A DNA stretch of 64,000 bases from Azolla caroliniana. Its lineage: Eukaryota > Plantae > Polypodiophyta. The position numbers and the translations under genes were made by a program. The notes beneath the pieces were generated by a model, which did no database searches, had not been told where the DNA came from, and saw only the letters and a list, made by a program, of their open reading frames with translations. The stretch lies in the NCBI GenBank assembly GCA_043228905.1, contig JBHGNT010000016.1, positions 4,464,001 through 4,528,000 on the forward strand. Direction: 5' to 3'. Below, one piece after another: positions 1 to 10,345 of this stretch (the stretch's first letter is position 1; the number at the start of each line of letters is the position of its first letter).

Positions 1-929
1 CTTCAATCACAAATTTTGGTTTTATGGGATTAAGCCAGTATAAGTCGGTGTAAATTCATAGAATTGGATTTTAAGGTGACCTTTCAATTGAAATTTTTGA
101 TATATAATATAATTTTGATTTATGATGTATTTTGAAAAATAAAAGTGGTATAAATTGGTCAAAATAGGTATATAGTGGCATTATGGTAAATAAGTTTAGG
201 TTTAAGGGTACTCTGATAAATAAGGCTTGTAGATTTGAGTATATAATTACTTTATAAAGTGTATTTTTTTGGACATAGGGATAGTTTGGTAAATAGACGA
301 ACTTCCAGGGTATCCTAGTACTTTTCCCTTTTTTCTAATAGAATAACTTCTTTTTTTTCCGAAAAAAGCCTTAGCTTTTTTCAAAAAAATAGTCTTTTTT
401 TTTCTAAAACAATAGCCTTTTCTTCACACTTAATACTAAATAGTAAAAATATTAACACGATATTTATTTTATGTATTTCATTATCTTTGTGAAGTACTTA
501 TGGAATTTTGTGTATCTTTGTTCTTATAGTAATGACATTTTAAATTTTTTTATGTTAAATGACATGTTAGTTTTTGCAATTTTTTTTATTTTTTTCCAAA
601 AAAACTTTTTGCAATCTTAAGTCATGTGGCATATACCTTTAAAAAATGCCCTTCAAAAAACTTTGATTCTAATTTGTCAAATGTAGGCCTTGGACTAGTT
701 GTGGACAATGAAATGTTTGCGGCCAAGTTTTGTATGCTATCATCAATGATGTCTTCTAAGTGGCATCACATACTTTAAAGGATAGCAAAATAGAAATCGT
801 AGATTGGAAACTTGGCCCATAAACTTGAGTAAATGTTTTTCGGCTCGCCATTGCCACGTAAACGATTGCGCGTGTGATACTTGTGTGGATTCCGAGTACG
901 TGCATGACACAGAGAAGACTCTATGAATC

Positions 930-1800
930 AATAGAGTTCAAATCATTGTGGTTGCTTAGCATCAATTAGTCAAGGATATTCTGGGAATTGTGATAGGCTA
1001 ACGCTAGCATGGGGCTTTGAGTGTAAAATTGGTATTACATTTTTATCAATATTTAGGCGTGATGTGGAAAATTGTTAAGAGTTTGGTGGAGTAATGAAGA
1101 ATGATGTGATTTAACGGTCCCAAATGATGTAAATGAAAAATGATGAATGATGGAACCCTTAACAGCCCCAAATATTTTTTCAACATGTGTAATTGTCAGG
1201 AGGGAGACGGTGCAAACTCCAATCTGGTCTGGTCTGGTCTGGTCAAGTGGACGGAAACGTAATCCATTTGTCTGCCTCCTTTATATGTAGACCACTCAAT
1301 TTGAGTGAATCATTGTGATTGCTATGCACCTATTATTAGTCAAGGAAGGACCTTCTAGGAATTGTGATAGGCTACGCTAGGGCAAGACTTTAGAATATAA
1401 AATTCATTTTACATTTTTCTCAACATTCGTCGTGTCCTGTCGTGGAAAAGACTTACAAGTTTGGTGGAGATGTCGATATTAAATGAAGAATGGTGGGTGA
1501 ATTTGTGAAGATGCTGAGAAGGATCCCTAATCTTTTTATTTGGACGTCATCAAACTGTACGTAAATATATAAATAATTGTCATGTGGATGAGGGTCCTAA
1601 TGCAAATGTGTTGTTGGATGAGAGGAAGAAGCTGTAACCTCCAATCCAATCTGTCTCCTGTATATATATATATATATACTATATGTATACAACTCAATTT
1701 GTGTGCATCATTGTTGTGATCGTAATACACTGATTAGTCATGGATAATCTAGGAAATGTGATACGCAATGCTAGCGCTGGGCGGGCATTGAGAGGCTTGA
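930..1800 (+). repeat. Degenerate ~370-400 bp tandem triplication covering the promoter and start codon of the GTPase gene
   Basis: The block ttagtca(a/t)gga..tct.ggaa.tgtgata.gc.a.gctag recurs at ~966, ~1336 and ~1734; the third copy supplies the ATG at 1740. The block gtggaaaa...gtttggtggag...aatgaagaatg recurs at ~1064 and ~1442. Confidence 0.7.
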
Positions 1801-3800
1801 GAATGACTGCTATGGATAGTCAAGAGATGGGCACGAAGCTGGCTGGAAACAATGTTAATAATCAGGTGCTCACACCTTTTGTAAGCAACCATATCCTATT
1901 GGAGCTGCCCAAGCCCGAAGAAGAGCAGCCAATTATAATGGCCCCGGTGCAGGCCAACAACTCCTTCATGGCCTATTTCTGTAGCTCGGAGGAATCGCTC
2001 AAGTTTCGTGAAAATGTGGCGTCTAAAGGATGGAGTGCTGCCATGTCACTTCGCCCCGGGGCAGACCTCCTCAATTGTGTCATCGACCTCAAAGCTCATG
2101 CCACTTCCAGCTCTACCAACGCAAATGCCTCTCGTCATCTAGACAACATCACCCACATCTGCTTCACCCATTGCTTCTATGTGCCCCAAAAGTGTTTCCA
2201 GATCCCGGCCTCGAAATTGCGTCTCTGCGAAGACGCCTTGACTGAAGCATGCGAAGTCGATAGCCATTCGGCCGCGGCCAAATTCCTGGACAAATATCAC
2301 TCCCATGTCTCCACTGGGCTTTACCACGTGGGTGGCATACTCTTCCACGAACTTATCATCCAAAGTGAGGAGCAGAGTAGCCTCAAGCAGATGCTAGAAG
2401 CAGCTCATAAGGAATTCGGTGGAAGTCATGAGGCTATTTTCAAACCTCTCGTTTCCTTATTTGGCTTAGAGGTGTCCGGAACATCCAGCACAACGCACAA
2501 CTCAGCTTCTACAACAGCTTCTTCTTCTAAGGTAAGGGAGTACAGTAATGATATGACATATTTATACCAATAATAAGGCCAAGAGTTTGTTGTGAATCTG
2601 TTTATCTAATAAGCTTTTCTCATCTATTGTCTCCTCTTTGGCACCTACCAAGGTTCGTATAGTTCGAGAAACAATCACTACCGTCGGCCCAATGTCTCAT
2701 TCTGGGGATCTAGCCGATTTTTCGCTTAAGTTGAAGGCAGACCCGCTCTCGTGGGCCATTATTGACAAGCAAGCTGATCAAGCCAACGATTTGGTGAGCG
2801 TTTGGCAAATCATCCATCAGCAATTACCAAGTTTCGGGGCAGATCCTACAAAAATCGATAGATTGAGGCAATCAGCAAAATACATGAGCACACGATGGCA
2901 AGACGACATTGAGTCCAAACTAAAGGTACTTTGCTTTGCGTTAGGTTCAATTATATTTCTGATTTCAATGAAGCATTATTCGTTGTTGATTATGAGGAAT
3001 ATAGAAGATTTGATACTATCCACATTACCACTAACATGTGTTGAGGTTAGGAATAGAAAGTGTAATGAGCATAACAGTTATTAGTTTAACCATAAAGTAT
3101 CATTATGTCTTATTGAATCTAGTTGTTAAGGGGAACGAAATGTGATACCATAACCCTCGTGGGCCTATATATAATATATATTCTCAACACAAATCAGTGA
3201 TATGATTGTGTTCAAGCATTGTTTAATCCAATTTATGAATGGGAGTTTACTACTAAATAACAATATAGCGCCACAATCATAGTATACATCAAAAACTGTA
3301 GAATTGCTTAGCGTCAACTTACACATAATACAGATCCATTGATTTGCTTCCTTGTTTCATTTTCCTTCAAATATAAATTAGACAAAGTTAACACGTAATG
3401 ACAATCCCCCATAAATTATCCCAATAATGATTATCCTTGTGAACCTCGTCTACATGTATTGCCATATGCCAATTTTTTCTCACCAATTTCCTCAATACCG
3501 TTAAGTCTCTTTGAGCTCCTAAACTCTTCCCTTGCATGATTACATTCTAACTTATTCATTTTTGTTGGAGCATTTGTTCCCATCTTAATGTCCCCGTAGT
3601 TTGTGTAGAAGTCATGTTCATGTCTCTAGTCTTGATGTCACATTGAACGACGATAAAATAGTTTTTCCATGAATAAGAGAGAAAACCAGAAACTCACCCA
3701 ATTGAAGTGAACAAAGATGAAAACAGGTGTTGAGTATATGTATGCTAACAATGCATGGTTCGTTGTTTCATCAATAATAGCAAACCCCATCATAAAAAAC

Positions 3801-3837
<37 letters not shown>

Positions 3838-6800
3838 TGAATACGCATAATTATATTAATAACCATGTGTGAAAAACACTACAATGGTACATCACTTGAG
3901 TGTTGTAGCATAGGTTGATAATTTAATATGGCAACAAAACTATATGGAATTTGAATATATCACTTATGCTAAGCTACATGACTTGGGCCGATGGCCCATG
4001 GGAGCGATCATGTATTTGCTGGCCCATATAACACTTAGCCTATGCCACACTCACAGTAACTGTATGGAACTAGACACATAGAGATATACAAGCAATCAGA
4101 CTATAATGGGGCTCTCACTTAAATTTAGCTCATGACTTTGATATAGTGAGGGTAATCTTAATACAAAGGGCATTTCTTTATATTCTCCTTCTTCCTTTAA
4201 TCACATCTTTAAAGGTTGTCACTTGTATAAGTGGATGAAGAGTTATGTGAAGTTTCTTGACGCTTTTAAGAAGTACTAAATGAAATCTGTTGATGATGCC
4301 TTTTATTTGCAGCTCCACCTTGAGCATCCCCTGATTTCCCAGCTACTGCAAACCAATGCCTCCTTCCAACAGGATGCCACAATGGCTACAACGTCTTCAT
4401 TGGGGAATCTACTTAACCACGAAACCAAAATTCCACAGCTCCCGGAGAAAATGTCTCTTCCACAGCTGCTCAAACAACTCCACAAGCTAATGTCGATGGG
4501 AAGTGGCGGGATGCCAGGGTCGAGTGTGAGCATTTGCAATCAAGCAGCCACGCTAATCAAATACTACATTCAGAATTCTGAGCCCTCTCAAAAATGGCAT
4601 AATATTGCTGGCGATCTATTTAGGGGATATGGTTTCCACGAGTCCAATGGCAACGTCTTTAAGAGGCTAGATATTTCTCAGCTGGAGAGCCTAGTTTCCG
4701 ACTTAGAGAAGTTAACCAACTGCGGAGTGGATGGCGATCCCCAATCTCTTGACTCCAGTGGATGGCGGAACGCAACCAATCCCTTCACCAGCGAAGATTT
4801 TACTCGAATTTGTCTTCAGAAGTACTCGGCCTGGCCTACTGGTGCTGCTGATAACTACAGTAAGTGCTCAGCCTCGCTAACCTACGCTTGGGATGTGGTT
4901 GTGGATCGGCCCTTCTTGCCCAATGTATCTCATGCTCCAATAAATGAGCAGGCCAAACGCCTGCTGGATTGCATGAAGCATCGCATGGACCTCCTCCCGC
5001 ATCTCTCCCGAATCAGGGGTCACGCAGCTGCCTCCGTGGCCACTAAGAACAGCAGCTCATGGAGTGATGATGATGATGATGATGATGAGGAGCTAGATGA
5101 AGAAGAACATGTTCAAGTGTCTCCATTGGATCTCATCATCCATCTATTGAGGATCTCGGACGTGCCCACCCAGGTAGCAATCTATGGGTTCCTTCTCGAG
5201 CAACGTGCAGCCGTTCCCTTGGTACATGTCTCCACATCACACAAGCTCCAGCACCATGCGCAAGCACTAAGCTATGTCGATGCAAAGCTAGCTAGACAGA
5301 ACAAGCTCATCCTCACAAGGGACATGAGGCTGCCCCGTATAGTCTTTGCTTCCAACAGGCGGGTTTCGGAGTCTCGGGCAGCAATCGTGGCAAGCAGCGC
5401 TCTCTGTTGTAACTTCATAAGCCGATACAATCGTAACATTATGGCTGAATCACCGGTAGTTGAGGTGGGTTTAGGGTTTCTAAAGCCCAGCCAGGTGCAA
5501 GTTGGGCGTGAGGAGGAGCCGCAGCCTTGTCTGGCATTCCATATAAATGGGCGACTACACGAGAATCCATGTATGATGGATTTTGTAAACGCTATTGCTG
5601 ATGTGATTGTCTTGGAGTTGGGATCAAAAGAGGAGATCGGAAACTCGGGAATGCCACATGGTTCCGGAGACCGGAAAATCGAGATGTTGCAATGGGTGTT
5701 TGATGGGCAAGAGCGCCAAGATAAGAGGAGGAAACTAATTTTGGGTGGAGAGACCTACATTGCAAGTCAGACGGAGGAGTTTCTGTGTCACTTTCTGCAA
5801 GGGAAGCTGCTGCCATCACTCAATCAAACATCTAATCACTTAGATCCGCGCAAGACTCTGGAATACATTTGCGTCAATCACCGAGATCTGAGCAATCCGG
5901 ATCTTTATAGTTTTAAGCAGCAGGAAGAGATGTTATCAGCAGTTGACTTTGCATCTGTGAAACAAGCATTCTCTCTCCAGGAAAGCTTCAATAGAGAGTC
6001 ACGCATACAGTTCCAGCTTTTGAAATTGAAGCATAATCCCGCTGAAACTCGAAAGATGCAAAACAGTCGCGAGGACGAGAAGAGGAGGCGGGCTCAATTG
6101 GTTCCCAATGCCATGGAGAATAACCTGTTGATCCATGTGTTCCATCATATTCTCACCATTCCAGATGCCACCTCCCGAAGGATGGGTATGATGTGGCTAG
6201 ACAGGGCTATAGCAGAACAAATGCGGCCTCTCATGAAAGATGCCGAGAGGAAGAAGGACAAGGCATTGGACGAGTGGAATATGGATTACTGCAACACCGA
6301 ATTGAGAGATAGGCACCTGCTTCTAAAACAAGGCTTTTTAGATCGGAAGCTTGGCATTGGAAATCTATGGAGGGAGATATGCCATATGTTTCTTGCTACT
6401 TCCATTAGGAAACTCGCAAAGCTTGCTGCCTTGCACTTACTAGATGCTTTCCCTCTGGAGATCCTCGATGGTGATGGAGGCATGTTTTGCACGGACTGGG
6501 TGCAGACGGTGCTGGCCGAGCTGGACACATTGACCAGCCAAGAGCTCAAGAGGCCAGCGAGAATATGTGTCCTCAGCGTATTGGGCTTGCAGAGCAGCGG
6601 CAAAAGCACATTGCTCAATCTTATGTTTGGCACACAATTGCATGTGAGTGCTGGTAGATGTACTCGTGGTGTCTACCTCCAGGTCGTCAAATCCGAACGA
6701 CCAGACTACGACTACTTGTTCCTGCTCGACACGGAAGGCATCAGGTCTCCTGAGTTTTATGGGCTTGATGACTCTCAGATCCGTGACAATCGTCTGGCTA

Positions 6801-9565
6801 CATTCGGATTACTCCCGGCAGATGCCTCTATCTTCATGGTCTCTAACGAGGATGATAGTGGTCTCAAAGACGTTGTCCCCATGGTGCTGTTAGCTTTCAA
6901 GGGCTCTCGAATAGCCGAAACCTACAGTAATACGATAAGGTCGAAGATGGTATTTGTCTACCGAAGCGTCGACACAAATGATAAGGGGAAGCTCAAAGAA
7001 AATAAGCAGAAACTGAAGGAGCACCTAAGGATGGCTGCTGAGCAAGTGACGAACATGACTCAAGGTGGAAAGCTTAGTAGTACTAGTAGTAGTAGATGGG
7101 AGAATGTTGATCTCCATATGGTGAAGGAGGAGGACAAGATGTTTCAGTCCATGTTTGGTGAAGGCATGCACGTGGATGAGGAGGACAACCAAAGTGACGT
7201 GAAGTGCATGGGAAACCTGAAGAGGGGGCATACTCCGCCGAATGATGTTCCGGAGTGGGAGTATGGCAAGCAAGTCATTGAGGTCCGGGAATACATCCAC
7301 AGGAGGGTAACAGAGGACAAGAGATGGAGAGCCACCACTATAAAGGAGTGGAGTAAATATCTGACCCTAGTGTGGGACTGTATTTGCGAAGCGGACTTCG
7401 ATCTAAGCTTCAAAACAGCAATGGAAAGGGTTGCTTACAACGACCTTCAACAAGCATTGGCGAAAGGGCCACGGCTCAAACTAAGCAAGAAGTTGATGGA
7501 GGAGTTCGAAAAAGTCGAAAGCGATGTCAGGTCCAACAATTTAGGTGTCCAAAGTAGGTCGGCAAGAGCCGGAGTCTTCGATAGCAATGTGAGTGAGATG
7601 TCGGAAGTTCTGACAAGGGACGTGCAACGCATACTGGAAACCACTATGTGGAAAAAATGGGAAGACCAAGAATTGAGCAAGTGGAACTCATTTTGCATGT
7701 CATTGCAGAATGATTACAAACATAGGCTTGGTGATTTCATGAGCGGGGTGTTCGAATTCGAAGATGAGGTCAGTAAGTATGAACTGAAAATGAAGAAAGA
7801 GATCGTAGAACTAATAGGCGAAGATAAGTTGGATGCAGAGAAAAGAGATGAAGTTTTCAGAGATATCTTCAATCGGATCGTGAATGAGGCCAAGGGAAAG
7901 CATGAACCTTTTGCTGAGAGTGTCCCCATTTCTGTGGAGAATCAATATGCCATATCGAACCTCACTAAAATGTTTCAGCTCCATTCCCATGAGTCAGGAA
8001 AACCTGGGGGTCAAGCCAGTAAACCTCAGAGGCTTGGAAATATTGGGAACGCAGTTGTGCAAACAATCAGAAACTTTATATCTACCAAAAATAGTGGAGA
8101 AGGTGAGAATGCACAGGGCCCTCATCTGATGGACGAATTAGCTGCGATTTTGAATTCCAACGTTCAGAACGTGACGAAGTATGATGATGTGATCGTGATT
8201 AATGTGATACAATCAACTACCAAGGTTCTTCAAGGTTTGTCTAGAGAGGATCAGGTAAGGGGTCATCGTTTCGTCATGAGTACTCTCATCGAAATGCTAG
8301 AAGTGAAACAAAGGGAGTGGGACAAGAAACACAATGTTGCTGAGAGGCTGAGAGAAGCAGAGCCTCAGCTTCGCGGATTCTTCAAAGATTATGCTAACGG
8401 CGTGGGAGCTGCTAACATGATCGTCTCAGAGTTGGAACGCCTACTTGAAGCTCAACTCCAAAATGCACACCATCAACTCCTAGTGAGAGCAGTCGTGGAC
8501 AAGTTAGCTAATAAGAGTTGGATGATCAATTGGGAAGTGATGAGAGCTTGCTTAGACTTGCACCTACTAATCCTTATCCAGAAAAACATGGTCAAGCTTC
8601 TCATCGCATGTGTGAGTGACGGGCGTAAGCATTTCCAAGATGTCACAGATGCCCTAATTGCCCAGGAATGCCGTCGTTTGTATGAGGTAGAATGGAATTC
8701 ATTCTTTCAGAAGGTCAAACGGTGCGTGATGGACGCAGGTAAGAAGGCGAGCCGTAGACATGAGGTGTCGAATAACAGGCCATCCTTCTCTGTGGAAGTT
8801 TTCATGGATGAGCTAAAAAGCTTGTTGCGAAGCGAGAGGGTGGATCCTTCGGGAAAACTAGCAGCCTCCATCTTATCGCGAATCTCTGTTGATCAATACA
8901 AGGATTTGGATGTGGATGTAGTCTCCGCGAAGTTGCCTGAGCTATGCCGAAATCTAGAGCAGAAGTTTTGCAAGCAAGGAGGCGTCCTGCAGCGCTTATT
9001 AAGGACGAAGGATTCAGAGTTGTGGAGATTGGTGCAGAGAGTGAGGGAGAGGATGGAGCAGCTCAAGGACGAGCGTTTGATGATGAGATGCGATGAGAAG
9101 TGTCCAAGGTGTAAGATAACGTGCATTCGCAGTGCAGGACACCCGGAGCGGCACGACACCATGCATCAACCACAGGGCCTGGCAGGCATCATCTGGCACA
9201 AACACAGAGCTTTGTCGGAATCCAATTGCGTGAGGTGCTTTCAACAAGACGTTCGTATTTTTAATCAAGATGGCTCAGAAGTCTCGTACAAAGACTTTGC
9301 AAAGGTGTATCCCACATGGTGCGACCCTTCCAACCACCTCCACACTAACTCCATACGAGTGAGGGAGTACATCTTCTATAACTATCAGACCCACCTCGTC
9401 GACTATTTCAATGCTCTCAATTTTCGCGTGGTGAAATGCCCTGCTCACGTGATGCCCGCCTCCTATGGCCATTCACTTGATTCCCTCTGGAACGCCGTCC
9501 AGAATAAGCTGGGTGACGACTTCTCACAAATTAAACACACCCTCGAGGACATGAACTCATCATGA
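1740..9565 (+). CDS. MACPF-like N-terminal domain + VLIG/GVIN1-type very large GTPase. Predicted exons 1740-2531, 2653-2925, 4313-9565 (~2105 aa).
   Basis: Phase-0 GT-AG junctions AAG|GTAAGG (2531), CCAAG|GTT (2653), AAG|GTACTT (2925) and TTTGCAG|CTC (4313); the GT/AG positions are conserved in the second copy. Motifs: NASAGRALRG; FLDKYHSHVSTGLYHVGG (MACPF-signature-like, GVIN1-type spacing); G1 GLQSSGKST (6584-6610); G2 RCTRG; G3 DTEG; C-terminal CxxxCPxCxxxC...H..H.PxGLxG as in GVIN1/URGCP. Confidence 0.85.
4280..9565 (+). CDS. Large exon of the VLIG-type GTPase (uninterrupted 1761-codon ORF)
   Basis: ORF track; ICVLSVLGLQSSGKSTLLNLMFG...SAGRCTRG...LLDTEG...DNRLATF matches the VLIG GTPase core. 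Confidence 0.92.
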   Translation: MKSVDDAFYLQLHLEHPLISQLLQTNASFQQDATMATTSSLGNLLNHETKIPQLPEKMSLPQLLKQLHKLMSMGSGGMPGSSVSICNQAATLIKYYIQNSEPSQKWHNIAGDLFRGYGFHESNGNVFKRLDISQLESLVSDLEKLTNCGVDGDPQSLDSSGWRNATNPFTSEDFTRICLQKYSAWPTGAADNYSKCSASLTYAWDVVVDRPFLPNVSHAPINEQAKRLLDCMKHRMDLLPHLSRIRGHAAASVATKNSSSWSDDDDDDDEELDEEEHVQVSPLDLIIHLLRISDVPTQVAIYGFLLEQRAAVPLVHVSTSHKLQHHAQALSYVDAKLARQNKLILTRDMRLPRIVFASNRRVSESRAAIVASSALCCNFISRYNRNIMAESPVVEVGLGFLKPSQVQVGREEEPQPCLAFHINGRLHENPCMMDFVNAIADVIVLELGSKEEIGNSGMPHGSGDRKIEMLQWVFDGQERQDKRRKLILGGETYIASQTEEFLCHFLQGKLLPSLNQTSNHLDPRKTLEYICVNHRDLSNPDLYSFKQQEEMLSAVDFASVKQAFSLQESFNRESRIQFQLLKLKHNPAETRKMQNSREDEKRRRAQLVPNAMENNLLIHVFHHILTIPDATSRRMGMMWLDRAIAEQMRPLMKDAERKKDKALDEWNMDYCNTELRDRHLLLKQGFLDRKLGIGNLWREICHMFLATSIRKLAKLAALHLLDAFPLEILDGDGGMFCTDWVQTVLAELDTLTSQELKRPARICVLSVLGLQSSGKSTLLNLMFGTQLHVSAGRCTRGVYLQVVKSERPDYDYLFLLDTEGIRSPEFYGLDDSQIRDNRLATFGLLPADASIFMVSNEDDSGLKDVVPMVLLAFKGSRIAETYSNTIRSKMVFVYRSVDTNDKGKLKENKQKLKEHLRMAAEQVTNMTQGGKLSSTSSSRWENVDLHMVKEEDKMFQSMFGEGMHVDEEDNQSDVKCMGNLKRGHTPPNDVPEWEYGKQVIEVREYIHRRVTEDKRWRATTIKEWSKYLTLVWDCICEADFDLSFKTAMERVAYNDLQQALAKGPRLKLSKKLMEEFEKVESDVRSNNLGVQSRSARAGVFDSNVSEMSEVLTRDVQRILETTMWKKWEDQELSKWNSFCMSLQNDYKHRLGDFMSGVFEFEDEVSKYELKMKKEIVELIGEDKLDAEKRDEVFRDIFNRIVNEAKGKHEPFAESVPISVENQYAISNLTKMFQLHSHESGKPGGQASKPQRLGNIGNAVVQTIRNFISTKNSGEGENAQGPHLMDELAAILNSNVQNVTKYDDVIVINVIQSTTKVLQGLSREDQVRGHRFVMSTLIEMLEVKQREWDKKHNVAERLREAEPQLRGFFKDYANGVGAANMIVSELERLLEAQLQNAHHQLLVRAVVDKLANKSWMINWEVMRACLDLHLLILIQKNMVKLLIACVSDGRKHFQDVTDALIAQECRRLYEVEWNSFFQKVKRCVMDAGKKASRRHEVSNNRPSFSVEVFMDELKSLLRSERVDPSGKLAASILSRISVDQYKDLDVDVVSAKLPELCRNLEQKFCKQGGVLQRLLRTKDSELWRLVQRVRERMEQLKDERLMMRCDEKCPRCKITCIRSAGHPERHDTMHQPQGLAGIIWHKHRALSESNCVRCFQQDVRIFNQDGSEVSYKDFAKVYPTWCDPSNHLHTNSIRVREYIFYNYQTHLVDYFNALNFRVVKCPAHVMPASYGHSLDSLWNAVQNKLGDDFSQIKHTLEDMNSS

Positions 9566-9576
9566 TAGGCTTCAAA

Positions 9577-9593
9577 TTGTTTGTTTGTTTGTT

Positions 9594-9663
<70 letters not shown>
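9577..9663. repeat. Compound microsatellite (TTTG)n(GT)n(GA)n just after the stop codon
   Basis: Read directly from the sequence. Confidence 0.95.
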
Positions 9664-9665
<2 letters not shown>

Positions 9666-9696
9666 GCACACACCTCCAATACAATAAATCTTTATC

Positions 9697-9922
9697 GTAG
9701 TAGTGAATAAAAGTGGTGAATCCACGTTGTTGTCAAGTGCCTTTTGTTTGTTGTGAGTTACTTGACACGTTTATCTTTCTTGTCCTTAAATCCGTCACAA
9801 TATTAATATGTAGTAGTGAATAAAAGTGGTGAATCCACGTTGTTGTCAAGTGCCTTTTGTTTGTTGTGAGTTACTTGACATGTTTATCTTTCTTGTCCTT
9901 AAATCAGTCACAATATTAATAT
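9697..9922. repeat. 113-bp near-perfect tandem duplication in the 3' flank
   Basis: 9697-9809 and 9810-9922 both run gtagtagtgaataaaagtggtgaatcc...caatattaatat; each copy contains AATAAA. Confidence 0.95.
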
Positions 9923-10194
9923 TCGCATTGATGCATCATGCATGCATCCAACTTCTAGTTCTTTTCATGCCTAGACAACTCCATTTTAGTAGTTATTAGT
10001 TTTTAGGAATACGGTGGTCTTATAAAGCCACCACCAATGATGTAATAGTTAGGGCATCCATTAATCTCTCTCTCTTTTCTTTTTATCATAATTAACTTAC
10101 TCTAATGGTAAGTTGTTTACACTACTAACACTATATCTTGGGATCAAAACCCAATTTTCTCACCTCGTATATCTCTTATTTCACTAAACGTCAT

Positions 10195-10345
10195 TGTGGA
10201 ATGTAGGGGTTGCACCCATAACCACTTGGTCTCCATTGGGCAACCTTACCAATTGGGCTACACACACACTCTCTCTCTCTTTCTTTTCTTTTCCTACATG
10301 GTATCTGTCATGATCCTTTCGAGTTTGAACCCACGACCTTGTTGT
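10195..10345 (-). repeat. tRNA-derived (SINE-like or LTR-embedded) fragment
   Basis: Minus strand reads GTGTAGCCCAATTGGTAAGG (A-box-like) ... GGGTGCAACCCC (B-box-like); a second B-box-like GGTCGTGGGTTCAAACTC lies at ~10321-10338. No clean cloverleaf. Confidence 0.35.

Noticed and set aside
1-740. MITE or DNA-transposon remnants in the AT-rich start
   Set aside because: No paired TIRs or TSD visible within the window.
4277-4282. Stop-restart bicistronic translation at TAAATG
   Set aside because: An in-frame splice acceptor at 4313 explains the gene more simply; retained only as an alternative-splicing question.
9463-9725. SL/ER-repeat ORFs here and at 31756-32286
   Set aside because: Translations of (GA)n microsatellites.
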